From a virus (Duplodnaviria > Heunggongvirae > Uroviricota > Caudoviricetes): a stretch of 40,825 nucleotides of DNA. The position numbers and the translations under genes are program-made. The notes beneath the pieces are model-generated. The model ran no database searches and was not told the DNA's origin. It was given only the letters and a program-made list of their open reading frames with translations. Positions 1 through 11,489 of the stretch are shown here, one piece after another (the first letter of the stretch is position 1; each line of letters starts with the position of its first letter). The stretch covers positions 1 to 40,825 of the IMG/VR virus record IMGVR_UViG_2917398303_000002, one strand, 5' to 3'.

Positions 1-1158
1 ATGCTCACCGTTAAGCAGATTGAAGCAGCAAAGCCGAAAGAAAAACCATACCGCCTACTCGATGGTAATGGCCTGTACCTTTATGTCCCTGTATCAGGGA
101 AAAAGGTATGGCAGCTTCGCTACAAGATTGACGGTAAGGAGAAAATCCTGACTGTCGGAAAATATCCGCTTATGACTTTGCAGGAAGCAAGGGATAAGGC
201 ATGGACCGCAAGGAAAGACATCTCAGTTGGCATCGATCCGGTAAAGGCGAAAAAGGCTTCGTCTAACAACAATTCCTTTAGTGCGATTTACAAGGAATGG
301 TACGAGCACAAGAAGCAAGTCTGGTCTGTAGGTTATGCTACTGAACTTGCAAAAATGTTTGATGACGACATTTTACCTATCATCGGCGGCCTTGAAATTC
401 AGGATATTGAGCCGATGCAACTTCTTGAAGTAATCCGCAGGTTTGAAGATCGCGGTGCAATGGAGCGAGCCAACAAAGCACGCAGAAGATGCGGCGAGGT
501 TTTCCGTTACGCTATTGTCACCGGAAGGGCTAAATATAACCCAGCACCTGACCTTGCTGACGCCATGAAGGGATACCGCAAGAAGAACTTCCCGTTTCTT
601 CCTGCAGACCAGATCCCGGCATTCAACAAAGCCCTGGCAACATTTTCAGGAAGTATCGTATCGCTCATTGCCACCAAGGTTTTACGCTATACAGCCCTAA
701 GAACGAAAGAGCTTCGTTCCATGCAATGGAAGAACGTCGATTTTGAAAACAGGATTATCACCATCGACGCCAATGTGATGAAGGGACGCAAAATTCATGT
801 GGTCCCGATGTCAGACCAGGTGGTTGAACTTCTCACTACGCTAAGCTCCATCACTAAACCAGTATCAGAGTTTGTTTTTGCCGGACGCAACGATAAGAAG
901 AAGCCAATCTGCGAGAACGCGGTGCTACTTGTGATCAAGCAAATCGGCTATGAAGGTCTGGAAAGCGGTCACGGATTCAGGCATGAATTCAGCACTATTA
1001 TGAACGAGCACGAATGGCCTGCTGACGCTATTGAAGTGCAACTGGCACATGCCAACGGCGGATCTGTGCGTGGAATTTATAACCATGCTCAGTATCTCGA
1101 TAAGCGCAGAGAAATGTTGCAGTGGTGGGCGGATTGGCTTGATGAAAAGGTGGAGTGA
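1..1158 (+). CDS. intS: Tyrosine integrase, P4 family (IntS-like); the ORF begins exactly at the window edge and appears complete
   Basis: N-terminus LTVKQIEAAKP...YRLLDGNGLYLYV...VWQLRY is the arm-binding motif of P4-type integrases; C-terminal catalytic region with HxxR-type motif (GHGFRHE); position directly upstream of gtrABC as at argW in E. coli K-12. Confidence 0.9.
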   Translation: MLTVKQIEAAKPKEKPYRLLDGNGLYLYVPVSGKKVWQLRYKIDGKEKILTVGKYPLMTLQEARDKAWTARKDISVGIDPVKAKKASSNNNSFSAIYKEWYEHKKQVWSVGYATELAKMFDDDILPIIGGLEIQDIEPMQLLEVIRRFEDRGAMERANKARRRCGEVFRYAIVTGRAKYNPAPDLADAMKGYRKKNFPFLPADQIPAFNKALATFSGSIVSLIATKVLRYTALRTKELRSMQWKNVDFENRIITIDANVMKGRKIHVVPMSDQVVELLTTLSSITKPVSEFVFAGRNDKKKPICENAVLLVIKQIGYEGLESGHGFRHEFSTIMNEHEWPADAIEVQLAHANGGSVRGIYNHAQYLDKRREMLQWWADWLDEKVE

Positions 1159-1310
1159 TCCGCCTTTACTGATTTCGCAACATGTACAACCTTGCAAAGT
1201 GATGCAGACACTCTGTATCTCTCAACTCAATCTAGGAATAGGATTATTTATCGATCCTTTAGGAATTGGATGGTACACTTTGGACTTTTCTCAATTCACT
1301 GAATATAAAG

Positions 1311-1673
1311 ATGTTTAAGCTTTTCGCGAAATACACATCGATAGGTGTACTTAACACCATCATACACTGGGTTGTGTTTGCGGCGTGTATCTACGGTGCC
1401 GAGACAAGTCAGGCACTGGCAAACTTCGCAGGGTTCGTTTTGGCCGTGAGTTTCAGTTTCTTTGCAAACGCCAGATTCACGTTCAAAGCCTCTACGACAA
1501 CGACACGCTACGTGCTTTATGTTGCATTCATGGGAGCATTGAGTGCAATTGTTGGCTGGGCTGCTGACAAATGTGCCCTTCCTCCTCTCGTCACTCTTAT
1601 TACCTTCTCCGCTATCAGTCTGGTAAGCGGATTCATCTATTCCAAGTTCATTGTCTTTAGAGTTGCGAAATGA
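1311..1673 (+). CDS. gtrA: GtrA, bactoprenol-linked glucose translocase (flippase); start moved to internal Met (MFKLFAKY)
   Basis: About 120 aa, small hydrophobic protein with [17 protein letters not shown] motif typical of GtrA; 4-bp overlap (ATGA) with gtrB. Confidence 0.85.
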   Translation: MFKLFAKYTSIGVLNTIIHWVVFAACIYGAETSQALANFAGFVLAVSFSFFANARFTFKASTTTTRYVLYVAFMGALSAIVGWAADKCALPPLVTLITFSAISLVSGFIYSKFIVFRVAK

Positions 1674-2584
1674 AGATATCTCTGGTCGTTCCTGTTTTCA
1701 ATGAAGAAGACGCGATACCTATTTTCTATAAAACAGTTCGTGAATTCGACGCATTGAAAAAATATGACATCGAAATCGTATTCATCAATGATGGAAGCAA
1801 AGATGCTACGGAATCTATTATCAATGCATTGGCCACATCTGATCCGTTGGTAATGCCACTATCATTCACTCGAAACTTTGGTAAAGAGCCAGCTCTGTTT
1901 GCAGGATTGGACCATGCAACAGGAGAAGCCGTTATCCCTATTGATGTAGACCTGCAGGACCCTATTGAGGTTATCCCTCATCTTATTGAGAAATGGCAGG
2001 CCGGTGCAGACATGGTGCTAGCGAAGCGTACAGATCGGTCAACAGATGGTCGATTAAAACGTAAGACTGCCGAGTGGTTTTATAAACTGCACAACAAAAT
2101 CAGCATCCCTAAGATAGAAGAAAATGTTGGTGACTTTCGCCTGATGTCCCGTGAAGTAGTAGATAACATCAAGTTGCTTCAAGAAAGAAATCTTTTTATG
2201 AAGGGGGTACTTAGTTGGGTTGGTGGAAGAACCGATGTCGTCGAATACACTCGCGCTGAACGTATAGCGGGTAACTCAAAGTTTAATGGATGGAAACTAT
2301 GGAATCTTGCACTCGAGGGGATTACAAGTTTTTCTACATTTCCTTTGCGAGTATGGACATACATTGGCCTATTAGTTGCAGGAGTTGCTTTTATTTATGG
2401 GGCATTAATGATTCTTGACAAACTAATCTACGGAAACAATGTTCCAGGTTATCCTTCTCTACTTGTATCAATACTCTTCCTTGGGGGGGTTCAACTTATT
2501 GGAATCGGAGTGCTAGGGGAATATATAGGAAGGATTTATTTAGAGTCCAAAAAAAGACCTCGTTACATTATAAAAAAAAGGTAA
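1670..2584 (+). CDS. gtrB: GtrB, bactoprenol glucosyltransferase (GT2 family)
   Basis: [13 protein letters not shown]...INDGSKD N-terminal GT2 signature, DxD-like VDLQD, C-terminal membrane anchor; position between gtrA and gtrC. Confidence 0.9.
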   Translation: MKISLVVPVFNEEDAIPIFYKTVREFDALKKYDIEIVFINDGSKDATESIINALATSDPLVMPLSFTRNFGKEPALFAGLDHATGEAVIPIDVDLQDPIEVIPHLIEKWQAGADMVLAKRTDRSTDGRLKRKTAEWFYKLHNKISIPKIEENVGDFRLMSREVVDNIKLLQERNLFMKGVLSWVGGRTDVVEYTRAERIAGNSKFNGWKLWNLALEGITSFSTFPLRVWTYIGLLVAGVAFIYGALMILDKLIYGNNVPGYPSLLVSILFLGGVQLIGIGVLGEYIGRIYLESKKRPRYIIKKR

Positions 2585-2590
2585 TAACTA

Positions 2591-4111
2591 ATGTTTTCAA
2601 AAGAAACGATAAATAAATTATTTTATTTTACATGCATAATTTCATGCTTGGTAACCATATTCCTTACATCTAGATTTAGCTATACATGGATCACAGATCC
2701 TGATTCAGCAAATAGCCCTATAATGTGGAAAGAGTTTTTGGCACATGGGTTTAATGCTTTCAATAACTGGAAGCCAACATTTGATAACTGGTATTTTACC
2801 GTATACCCTATAAATTTTCTTTTATTTTTCATTTTTAATGAAAATGGCTTTGTGCCTTTAATGCTTTCCAGTGCGATTTTCATAATTGCAATTTGCCTAT
2901 GTTCATCAAAGATCGCAGATATGTTATCTGGTAAAACTGCTGCTTTTGCAGCATTAATATCAATAACACTAATATCTCCAGATCTATATAGCAATTATTA
3001 TTCGCATCCTTTTTCTCATAATTCAACAAATGCATTCGGATTTGTTGTATTAGCAATATACATAATAACTCTCTCAAGCAAGAAAATAATTCCTGCCGCT
3101 TCCATTTTTATACTCTTAGTACTTTCTGGAGCTTCTGACCCTTGGATATTACCATCTTTTACACTACCTATATTGATATCTGAGGCTTACAATTCATTCA
3201 TCAATAGAAAAAGTTACAAATACTTTATCTTTCTATTGCTTGCATTTTTAACATCTTATTTGAATCTAGTTCAACACCTTTTTGATCTACCGACTGGCGA
3301 GTTCAAAATAACAACATTTGAACAGATGATATCTAATGCACAGTATGCAATAGTATTAACAGCAAAAATGATGCCATTGTGGGTAAACCCATCAGCATCT
3401 ATGTCATATTTTATTGTTTTAATATGGGTAGCCGTGTTCATAGCTGCTGCTTTAGTTTGTTTTAATAGAGGTAAAGAATTACGCATCTTTTCTATTTGCT
3501 GCGTCCTTTCAGTCCTTGGAATTTACTCTTCATCTATAATTGGAGATCAATTCCCGCATCAACGTTTTTATGTAAATGTTGCTCCCGTTGTTTTCTTGTT
3601 AACCTCTGTAGCCATAAGATTTTATAAAGCTTTCTTAATACCACTTTTCATAACTATTTGTGTTTCTGTTTATGGGTATTGTAACTCACCATTAAAATAC
3701 GAAGAAAATAAAAACCCAGTTTATGAATATATGACCTTCCTTTCCAACAATAATCTAAGTTATGGTTATGGTAGTTTTTGGTATTCTATGAATATGACAG
3801 TGAATTGGTTATCAAAAGACCAAATACATATAACACCTGTTTTCTTTAACCCTGAAACTGGTGTTGTGTATTTTCAGCCTGCAAGAATACAAACACTGTC
3901 TTCATGGCATACAAAGGAATTCATAAGCGGTAAACCAAACAGACAATTTATTGCCATAACTCAGGGACAAACCGGTGGTGATACATGTCCAAACGTTCAA
4001 ATATGTATTGATGGTGCTCAGAAGCAATTAGGAAAAGCCGATGAAATCCTATCATATAAGAACACGACATTCTTGGTGTACAACAAACCAATTGAAACAG
4101 ATATAAAGTAA
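2591..4111 (+). CDS. GtrC-type serotype-specific O-antigen glucosyltransferase (polytopic membrane protein), family not assignable
   Basis: 506 aa, many hydrophobic segments, third gene of gtr operon; conspicuously AT-rich compared with flanking genes. Confidence 0.6.
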   Translation: MFSKETINKLFYFTCIISCLVTIFLTSRFSYTWITDPDSANSPIMWKEFLAHGFNAFNNWKPTFDNWYFTVYPINFLLFFIFNENGFVPLMLSSAIFIIAICLCSSKIADMLSGKTAAFAALISITLISPDLYSNYYSHPFSHNSTNAFGFVVLAIYIITLSSKKIIPAASIFILLVLSGASDPWILPSFTLPILISEAYNSFINRKSYKYFIFLLLAFLTSYLNLVQHLFDLPTGEFKITTFEQMISNAQYAIVLTAKMMPLWVNPSASMSYFIVLIWVAVFIAAALVCFNRGKELRIFSICCVLSVLGIYSSSIIGDQFPHQRFYVNVAPVVFLLTSVAIRFYKAFLIPLFITICVSVYGYCNSPLKYEENKNPVYEYMTFLSNNNLSYGYGSFWYSMNMTVNWLSKDQIHITPVFFNPETGVVYFQPARIQTLSSWHTKEFISGKPNRQFIAITQGQTGGDTCPNVQICIDGAQKQLGKADEILSYKNTTFLVYNKPIETDIK

Positions 4112-4120
4112 TTTAATGTA

Positions 4121-4147
4121 AGAGGGGGATATTTCCCTCTCTTTTTT
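4121..4147 (+). terminator. Rho-independent terminator after gtrC (convergent with tailspike gene end)
   Basis: Hairpin AGAGGG-GGATATTT-CCCTCT followed by C TTTTTT. Confidence 0.5.
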
Positions 4148-4148
4148 A

Positions 4149-6272
4149 TTAATAATTCCCCTCAGAAAGGAAGCTGTAAACCCCGGGACCACCTGCAATA
4201 TTACATGTCCATGCCTTTGGTTGTCCTGAAGCAGGTGCGCTATTGATAACACGTTCGCCTATATCCCAGAAACCGGATGTAGGTACAGACGAAAGATAAA
4301 ATGTTGTTTTTTCAATTTGTAACGCATTTGATGGCATTCCATATACACAAAGAGACGGTGAGTTTATGAGTACATTTCCTGAACCATAATTTCTTATGCC
4401 AACATTTATAGCTGTAGCCGTTGCGTCTATATACACACCACAACTAACATAGCGCCATTTCCCATTACCAGCTAAAGGTGCTGTAGAGTCTGTTTGTCCT
4501 GCACCATTAACTATAAACATAAGTTTTGACGCTGCTCCCTGGTCATTTACCCACGCACCAAACCATACAAATTTCCCTTTTAGTTCTGGTGATTTGTTGA
4601 GGTCTATCGTTCGTCCCCAAACTCTATCTCCTGCCGTAACTAAGAATGAATAATTACCAGCATAAATGTTTTGAGTTTTTATCAATGCTCCTGTCGTTCC
4701 AGATGCCGCGTTCCAAAGCAACATATTTCGATCAAGATAGTTAGCAGTTAACTCTCTGTTCGCAATATCTATTAAATGAGCAGTATCAGGGTTTTGTGTC
4801 GCTGGATCATAACTTCCAACATACCCTATCGAATTGACCGTATTGTTAGCCAGATACAATCTATCTGTAACTTTAGACGAAAGATTATTACGGTACATTA
4901 CCAATAAATTGTTTACTTTAGATGCATCCAATAATTGATTATTTTCGATTGTCAGGTTTTTAGCATAGTTTGTGAATATAAAACCATCCTGATTAGGGAG
5001 GGAACTGGCGTAACCGATTGCAGTTTGCTGGTTTCCTCGAATCGAAACTGTATCATTAATCTTTGTTACGTCAGGTATTAATGTAAACTCATTAGCAATG
5101 AGATGAATATCGGCTTTAATGTTTATAAATTCCGGAGTACCATATGGATATCCACTTTCGCCGTTACGCTCCCAATAGTTATCATCCAAATTAAGTCCCT
5201 TAACCCCGAATGACATAAACCCGTATAACTTATTTTGCTCAATATCATTTCCGTTTACACGGACGCTCATACCGCCCTCGGCATACGCCGGAGTAAGCAA
5301 GATGCCTCCAGCACCATTACCATAAATACGGTTATTGATGATGTTAAGATTATTACATACCCCACCAATGTTAAGCGCATTTCCTGTGTTTGTTAGCAAA
5401 CGGCAGCCAATTATATCTATTGAGTAACCATTAATTAAGATAGCGTTACTTGTAGTGCCGGTTACATCTACATTTTCAATTTTGATATGGTTGGCGTTAG
5501 GAAAATTTATCCCATTAGCTGAGTAATTATTACCATCTAAGCCAAAGTCTCTAAGCTCACAGAAAGTAATTGGGTCGCTTTGCTGGGTTATGATTGGTTC
5601 GTTTGTTCCAGTAGAGAAGATTCTGGACTGATATGCGCCAGCACCTCGTATCATGGTGACAATATTTTTAATCGTTATACCAGGGTCAATAATGAACGTC
5701 CCCTCAGGGATAACAATCTCCGTTGGCAACGTAGCATCATCAATGGCTTTCTGGAATGCAGCCTTGTTTTGTGCTCCGCTGTTATCAGCCTTAAATCCAT
5801 AATCTGATAATGTTCGCACATCAACAGTCAATTTATTGGCTAAAGGGAGTGATGTTGACCCGGTGAATTGTGGATTGTGCATAACTAATGAATCACCAAG
5901 AGAGTGATTATCGCTTAGCAATTGACCTTTAAATTGGTCCGGGTCGTATTTAAGCACATTCGGAAAATAAAACTGTTGTACCCCATACGCATCGTACACA
6001 GCCATAGAATGGCCTTGCACAGTTACGAACTTCGCAATTTGTCCGTTGTATACCGGATATCCAGCGGTATTTATCACGATAGGCTGCGCAACAGGAACGT
6101 AAGATCCGTCTTCATTCTCAATATAAACCTGAATCTGGTTTTCAGGATTTACTGGGTCTTCATCTATTTTACCAATAAAGATTTTGCCATTTGATACAGT
6201 TTTAAAAGAACGAGCCATAGTGAACAATTGGCTAGGCATGCTTACCACAACATTTGCGGCGATATCTGACAT
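4149..6272 (-). CDS. Tailspike protein (P22 gp9-like N-terminal head-binding domain, divergent beta-helix receptor-binding/enzymatic domain)
   Basis: N-terminus [13 protein letters not shown]...[28 protein letters not shown]...[13 protein letters not shown] closely resembles the P22 tailspike head-binding domain; remainder rich in N/G/T repeats typical of right-handed beta-helix. Confidence 0.85.
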   Translation of the reverse strand: MSDIAANVVVSMPSQLFTMARSFKTVSNGKIFIGKIDEDPVNPENQIQVYIENEDGSYVPVAQPIVINTAGYPVYNGQIAKFVTVQGHSMAVYDAYGVQQFYFPNVLKYDPDQFKGQLLSDNHSLGDSLVMHNPQFTGSTSLPLANKLTVDVRTLSDYGFKADNSGAQNKAAFQKAIDDATLPTEIVIPEGTFIIDPGITIKNIVTMIRGAGAYQSRIFSTGTNEPIITQQSDPITFCELRDFGLDGNNYSANGINFPNANHIKIENVDVTGTTSNAILINGYSIDIIGCRLLTNTGNALNIGGVCNNLNIINNRIYGNGAGGILLTPAYAEGGMSVRVNGNDIEQNKLYGFMSFGVKGLNLDDNYWERNGESGYPYGTPEFINIKADIHLIANEFTLIPDVTKINDTVSIRGNQQTAIGYASSLPNQDGFIFTNYAKNLTIENNQLLDASKVNNLLVMYRNNLSSKVTDRLYLANNTVNSIGYVGSYDPATQNPDTAHLIDIANRELTANYLDRNMLLWNAASGTTGALIKTQNIYAGNYSFLVTAGDRVWGRTIDLNKSPELKGKFVWFGAWVNDQGAASKLMFIVNGAGQTDSTAPLAGNGKWRYVSCGVYIDATATAINVGIRNYGSGNVLINSPSLCVYGMPSNALQIEKTTFYLSSVPTSGFWDIGERVINSAPASGQPKAWTCNIAGGPGVYSFLSEGNY

Positions 6273-6390
6273 TTTGTAACTCCAGAGGAAGGATATGATT
6301 CAATTTTGATATTATTGAATACCTAAATGGTACTATTGAGTATTTATCCAGTAGGTTACGATGCCGTTCCACCCAACTGGTGAGGCATCA

Positions 6391-6654
6391 ATGATGTACA
6401 GCAAATACGACGAAGCGCAGTTTCATTTGAGACTTGCGCATGAACTCCACACCAAAATTAAGCAGCGTGCGAAGATGAATAACAGGTCACTGAACTCAGA
6501 GATAATTGCAGCGATTGAAGAATCACTGGCTAAACAAAGCACTGCATCTTTTTACAATGACGATGCTGAGCGTATTGCAGACCAACAATCCGATATGGTA
6601 AAGAAAATTGTCTTTGATACGCTCAGAGATTTATATAAAAAAGACTGCAACTAA
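6391..6654 (+). CDS. mnt: Mnt-like ribbon-helix-helix repressor (P22 immI Mnt homologue); start set at Met preceded by GGTGAGG
   Basis: C-terminal ...NDDAERIADQQSDMVKKIVFDTLRDLYKK matches P22 Mnt C-terminus as recalled; RHH N-terminal region; Shine-Dalgarno GGTGAGG 5 nt upstream of ATG at 6391. Confidence 0.75.
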   Translation: MMYSKYDEAQFHLRLAHELHTKIKQRAKMNNRSLNSEIIAAIEESLAKQSTASFYNDDAERIADQQSDMVKKIVFDTLRDLYKKDCN

Positions 6655-6671
6655 CCATCCGTGGCTTTCCG

Positions 6672-8975
6672 TTACTTCTGGTTGTCATCACTGTTCATCC
6701 AGTACATGATGCCTAGCCTTGATATGGTTTTCTTATCTGATTCTGGAAGTGAGTTGTAAAACGAGCGCCAAGCAGAAGAGCGTCTTACAGTTGTATCAAC
6801 GATGCTTTCTGGTGCTTGTTTTACTGCCAGCCTTGCTGCTTTCTGGAATTCTGGTGAGCTAATTAGCTTTTCTGCAGATTCCATTGATGCAGCGCCGCCC
6901 ATCGCCCTGATTTTGCTGGCGACTTTTGCCCCAATTTCTGACCCAGCAACAGCACCTACTGCACTGAACGGTCCTGACACAGTTGAACCAACCGCAGTGC
7001 CAATGCGTTGGGCATGGTTAGCAACAAATTCATTTGCCACAGTGACGCGATTAAACCGTTTGACGAACTCGTTTAGTCTTCCTGTGGTTATCTCGTAAGA
7101 TTTTGCGTCTTTGATAGCCTTTGCGACCTTATATACATCGTTCAGACCTGACATAGTCTCTTTTGGTAAATGTCGGGCAAGATTGCGCATCTGTCCGTTT
7201 GCTAACATGTTTTGATACCAGTCAGCAAACCCTGCAGGATTAAAATCAGCACCACGTTTTCCGTTCGAAAGCATATCCCGAAGACCTGTTCCCAGTAGCT
7301 CGGTTCTTAGCTTCCTGGACGGCGTGTTTTGCATCAATTCACGGAATCCTTTGGCATCGCCTTTCGACATTGCCTGTAGTGCTGTCGTTGCTTTGCGAGA
7401 AACATCACCGTTCAGCGTTCTGCCAGTAAGATTAATCATTTGCTCTTCCATACTTTTTCGCATCTGAACAAGCCTCTGAGCAACTTCAAAATCACGTAAT
7501 GCAATTGTCCCTGACAGCGCCGTCTTTTGATCATCGGCGAGCGAACCGTAAAGCCTCGATAAGGCAGCACGATCAGCATCTTTATATGGTCCAGAATTCT
7601 TATGAAGTGCATCACCAACAAGTCGTCGTTGCTTATTGAGATTTGCATAAGTTAATGCGCCGTTCTTGCCTGGATTAACTGCCTGAAAGACTCTCTTTTC
7701 AATAGGGTCAAGGTTTTTCATCCCGCCAAGATCTTCTGCCACCTGTTTGAGCATTGACCTTGTTGATGGCGCATCAATTTTTGCACCTGCAGGCATCGCC
7801 TTTTCAACATTGCGATAAAGCTGGTCGCTTCGTTTCATCAGGGCAGACATTCTTCCATTGACCGTATCAATAAACTTGTCGCTCATACCAAGAGCATCTT
7901 TTGCACCGGAAGCGCGATCAATTATCTTCCCCGCGCTCTGTGCTAGCTGCCTGATTGCTTCATTTTCCTGCACCTGTAGAGCAGAACCCGCACGGGACTT
8001 GATTGCTTGCTCAACAGCCTTGTATTGCTCGTTCCCGGAAAAGTGTGAAGGGAGTAATGAATCAACATTAAGCTTTTCAGCAGACTCCAGAACTTCAGCC
8101 TGAGGATTGATATCTAATTCATCAAGCGATGAAGCGAGATTTGGCCTTTTTTGTGCAGCAACTGTGCGAACGACTTCCTCTGGGTTGCTCGTCGCAGGCG
8201 TCATTGGTACACCTTGTGCTACTCTTGCCTCTGCGGCATGAACCGCAGGATTTGTTGCTGCAGCGGCATCACCGGAGAATGGTGATGTTTCTGTTGGCGC
8301 AGGGGTCGCTCTCTGTGTAGATGTTTTATTACCACTAATTATACTTGATGCGCCACGAACACCACGGGTAACGCCATTTATCAGGCCATGCGTAGCAATG
8401 TTAAGTCCGGCATTAATAGCGGTATTTTTGGCAAAATCCCCCTGTTGATTCGCCGCGTCCGCGAGAGAACCAATGACCATGTTTCCAGCTACACCTGCTC
8501 CAGGAACAAGATAACCGCCTATTGACTCTCCAGCTTGCGCATACGGATCCGTTGGCCGGTTAACTGGTCTATATACTTCATCAAGAATCTTTGGTCCATC
8601 AAAACTCTGAGATGCAGCATTAATGAGACTCGCCCCCCCCTGAAGAACGTCAAAAGGAATATTTACAAATCCTCTTACAGCCTGCTCGGCAATTTGCCCT
8701 ACGCTTTGCCCACCAGTTAGCCATTCTCCTGCACGCTGCATAAGTGATTTGTCTTGCTGAATGGCATCAGGAGATTGCCTTACTTCCTGCTGTTCTGTCT
8801 GCACAGATGGCAATGGATAGGCAGCATAGAAAGCTTGCTTAGCCTGCTCTGCATTTTCTCCGGCTTGCGGGGCCACGACTTCATTGAAGTATTGCTCCTG
8901 AGCCTGCGCTTTTTGTTCTGGTGCTAACGCCTGATACTGTGGAGAGGCGATAACATCTTTCCATGCTTTAGCCAT
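6672..8975 (-). CDS. Ejection (injection) protein, P22 gp16-like, extended version
   Basis: Position as last of three ejection protein genes before mnt/tailspike; Ala/Gly/Gln-rich low-complexity composition typical of gp16; 767 aa. Confidence 0.65.
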   Translation of the reverse strand: MAKAWKDVIASPQYQALAPEQKAQAQEQYFNEVVAPQAGENAEQAKQAFYAAYPLPSVQTEQQEVRQSPDAIQQDKSLMQRAGEWLTGGQSVGQIAEQAVRGFVNIPFDVLQGGASLINAASQSFDGPKILDEVYRPVNRPTDPYAQAGESIGGYLVPGAGVAGNMVIGSLADAANQQGDFAKNTAINAGLNIATHGLINGVTRGVRGASSIISGNKTSTQRATPAPTETSPFSGDAAAATNPAVHAAEARVAQGVPMTPATSNPEEVVRTVAAQKRPNLASSLDELDINPQAEVLESAEKLNVDSLLPSHFSGNEQYKAVEQAIKSRAGSALQVQENEAIRQLAQSAGKIIDRASGAKDALGMSDKFIDTVNGRMSALMKRSDQLYRNVEKAMPAGAKIDAPSTRSMLKQVAEDLGGMKNLDPIEKRVFQAVNPGKNGALTYANLNKQRRLVGDALHKNSGPYKDADRAALSRLYGSLADDQKTALSGTIALRDFEVAQRLVQMRKSMEEQMINLTGRTLNGDVSRKATTALQAMSKGDAKGFRELMQNTPSRKLRTELLGTGLRDMLSNGKRGADFNPAGFADWYQNMLANGQMRNLARHLPKETMSGLNDVYKVAKAIKDAKSYEITTGRLNEFVKRFNRVTVANEFVANHAQRIGTAVGSTVSGPFSAVGAVAGSEIGAKVASKIRAMGGAASMESAEKLISSPEFQKAARLAVKQAPESIVDTTVRRSSAWRSFYNSLPESDKKTISRLGIMYWMNSDDNQK

Positions 8976-10369
8976 TAATCACCCCATAGTGAAGAAAAGT
9001 TACTGCTGGCTGCAGGCTGTGATACCTGTGCAGGTTGAGATTGCTGCCGCTGAGATTTACCAACATTAACGTTATATTGTTGGTTGTAATTGTTGGTGTA
9101 TTCCTGAATCTCACGAATCGACTGCTGCATAGCCTCCGGGCTTGAATAGTCAACCTGCGGCATCCCCTGAAAATACATCTTCGCTTCTGCAACGGTGTTG
9201 ATACCACTGGCCCCCATGTCCCTTGCTGCCGCCACACCCTGATTCTGCATTCTGCCCTGAATACGTTGTGCTGAGTTATATAACTGGCGCTGCTCTTTTC
9301 CTGTTAATCGGCTGCGAACATCAGCACCAATTGCCGGGCTACCTGCACCGCCTGTTATTCCTGTCATGAAATCGAGAGCAGAAGCATCTGCATTTGCGAT
9401 CGCGTCGATATCCTTCTTCATGGCATAGTTTTGTGCTGATGCAGACGATGTTGCAGGCGCAGCGATTGAACTGGCAGGGACGCGAACCATATTCCCATCG
9501 TTGTCGATGCCTTCGTAGAACGCATTAGCCCCAGCGCCATGAAGCTTCCCGCCTACAGTTACAGTTCTGCCATCTGATAACTGAACTGTACGCTCATCAT
9601 TCCCAGCGGTTCCTCTTGTTGACGCTCGCTGCATTGCCAAATCCTGCCCGCGTCGCGCAGTAGAAGCAGATAAATCCTGACCGCGCATCGTGATGTTCTG
9701 ACCTCGTGCTGTTAGCGCCTCGCCAGCCTGATTGCTGCGGATTGTCTCTGCAAGTTTTCCGCGATCAATCTCACGCCCAACGATTCTGTCTTGCGCCTGA
9801 AAATATTGTTCTGGACCAAGTGCAGCCATTCCAAGGTGATCAACAAACTCTGTGAAACCTTGTGGATTTTGCTGATACATTTTCGCCACATCCAGAGGGT
9901 CTACTCCGGCACGAGTAAGCTCAGATGAGTTGTTCTGCAACCATGACATCATGGCTTCTGGAGATGAAGCTGCGAGTCTGGCACTTGCTGCCAGTGTACC
10001 GACAGTGGAACGCTGGTCTTCATCGACAAATTTCATGCCGTTTCTTACAGCGTCAAACTGCTCAGGATACTGTGATGCCAGCTTTCGCATTGCATCGCGG
10101 TCACCAGATGTATATGCATCAGCATAAGCCTGCTGAAACTCTTGCTGCCGCTTCTGCTGATCCATCTGCTTATACATATCCATGACAGATGAAATACCCT
10201 GCAAAGCCTGCAAGCCAACGTTATTACGTCCTGAACGCTCCATCTCATTATTCTGTCGAATGTATGCAAGCGTGGCGTCTGCATCACTTGCTCTTGGAGC
10301 GTTGGAGTTCATGCCGCCTAACCCGGCAAGAAGCGCGCCTGAATTACCAGCCTGTTGCCATGTAGCCAA
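8975..10369 (-). CDS. Ejection protein, P22 gp20-like
   Basis: Synteny (between gp7-like and gp16-like), size 464 aa, Q/A-rich. Confidence 0.7.
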   Translation of the reverse strand: MATWQQAGNSGALLAGLGGMNSNAPRASDADATLAYIRQNNEMERSGRNNVGLQALQGISSVMDMYKQMDQQKRQQEFQQAYADAYTSGDRDAMRKLASQYPEQFDAVRNGMKFVDEDQRSTVGTLAASARLAASSPEAMMSWLQNNSSELTRAGVDPLDVAKMYQQNPQGFTEFVDHLGMAALGPEQYFQAQDRIVGREIDRGKLAETIRSNQAGEALTARGQNITMRGQDLSASTARRGQDLAMQRASTRGTAGNDERTVQLSDGRTVTVGGKLHGAGANAFYEGIDNDGNMVRVPASSIAAPATSSASAQNYAMKKDIDAIANADASALDFMTGITGGAGSPAIGADVRSRLTGKEQRQLYNSAQRIQGRMQNQGVAAARDMGASGINTVAEAKMYFQGMPQVDYSSPEAMQQSIREIQEYTNNYNQQYNVNVGKSQRQQSQPAQVSQPAASSNFSSLWGD

Positions 10370-10381
10370 GAGACACCTCCA

Positions 10382-11035
10382 TTAAAAAAGTGAACCAAGA
10401 AGACCGACGCCAGCACCAATTGCTGTCCCCCAACCAGGCATGATTGCAGTACCTGCAGCTGCACCTGCCGCCGCTCCACCCAGGGCACTCTGAAATCCTG
10501 ATGGTTTATTCGCATTAGCCGCAGATGCTGCCGCCTGCTGTTGATACAATTGGCTGACGTTGTTAGCGTAGTTCTGTCCGGCATTTGCCTGACCTGTAAG
10601 AGCACCAAGGCCGATATTTGCCAGATTGTTGTAGTTGTTCATCTGACCTGACAGCCAGTTTTGACCGAGTGTAGGTGCGATTGCTGCCAACTGGTTTCCG
10701 GTTGCCGTAGAGCCTAATCCACCCGTTGCCTCTGCTGCTGCCAGGCTCTGGTAACGCGCCTGACCTGCTAGGTCTTTGTACTGCTGGGAGTTGTAATACT
10801 GGTTAAGTGCCTGCCCTTGCCCCTGAAGTGAGGAAAGATTCTGCAACTGTGATACATACTGCTGAGCGAGTGGCGTGAACGGTGCAAGGTTTTGCATGTT
10901 CGTTTGCCACATTTCGCGCTGTAGATCGATACCTTTTTCCGTTGCGCGTGCACTCGCTTTTGCTCCACTATCACTGCCACCTTTGCAGTAAACAGCTTTG
11001 GTGAGGTACTTATTAGCAATCTGAAAAATTAACAT
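10382..11035 (-). CDS. Ejection protein, P22 gp7-like
   Basis: Synteny after gp14; 217 aa, Gln/Ala/Gly-rich with C-terminal hydrophobic segment. Confidence 0.65.
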   Translation of the reverse strand: MLIFQIANKYLTKAVYCKGGSDSGAKASARATEKGIDLQREMWQTNMQNLAPFTPLAQQYVSQLQNLSSLQGQGQALNQYYNSQQYKDLAGQARYQSLAAAEATGGLGSTATGNQLAAIAPTLGQNWLSGQMNNYNNLANIGLGALTGQANAGQNYANNVSQLYQQQAAASAANANKPSGFQSALGGAAAGAAAGTAIMPGWGTAIGAGVGLLGSLF

Positions 11036-11489
11036 CCGTTAGTTCCTCATATTTTGAGCGCGGTAACTGATAAATCGTGATACCTACAGGATTTCCATTA
11101 CTGGTGTATGCATCATCAAGGTGACCAACACGGGTAGCACCGAGCAAACGGATGATTGCCCGTCCGTATTTTGTGGTATCAGGAACCATGGTGATGCTGT
11201 TGAGGAATGGTGAGTTTTCGAGAAGCCATTTGCAGAATAATCGGTGCCCTTGTAGTGCATATTCTCCACGGAATCCGGGGTCGTACACCGCATGGCATTC
11301 CACAACGCTATGCCAGAAGTTACGCACTTCATGAACACCAGCCAGCACTAATCCTTCGTAGATACCGAGATATACAGCATCAGGCTTGATGTAGTATTTA
11401 TCTCCACTGTCTACGATATTTCCCGTGTTTTCTGGATTGTTGAGGAATTCTGCAAGCTTCACCGGATTATCGATGAGCTTTATTTCCAT
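11013..11489 (-). CDS. Head assembly/ejection-associated protein, P22 gp14-like
   Basis: Synteny between gp26 and gp7; 158 aa. Confidence 0.6.
   Translation of the reverse strand: MEIKLIDNPVKLAEFLNNPENTGNIVDSGDKYYIKPDAVYLGIYEGLVLAGVHEVRNFWHSVVECHAVYDPGFRGEYALQGHRLFCKWLLENSPFLNSITMVPDTTKYGRAIIRLLGATRVGHLDDAYTSNGNPVGITIYQLPRSKYEELTDVNFSDC

Noticed and set aside
1159-1310. attP or att core between integrase and gtrA
   Set aside because: No tRNA-like core there. For this integrase type the att site lies upstream of int, so the left junction is expected just off the window start.
6273-6390. Palindromic Mnt operator in the mnt-tailspike intergenic region
   Set aside because: No clear perfect palindrome by eye; only weak partial symmetry around 6318-6345.
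6802-10385. Several plus-strand ORFs (for example 6802-7098, 9925-10185, 10182-10385) inside the ejection-protein genes
   Set aside because: All embedded antisense within long minus-strand structural genes with conserved synteny; typical spurious ORFs.
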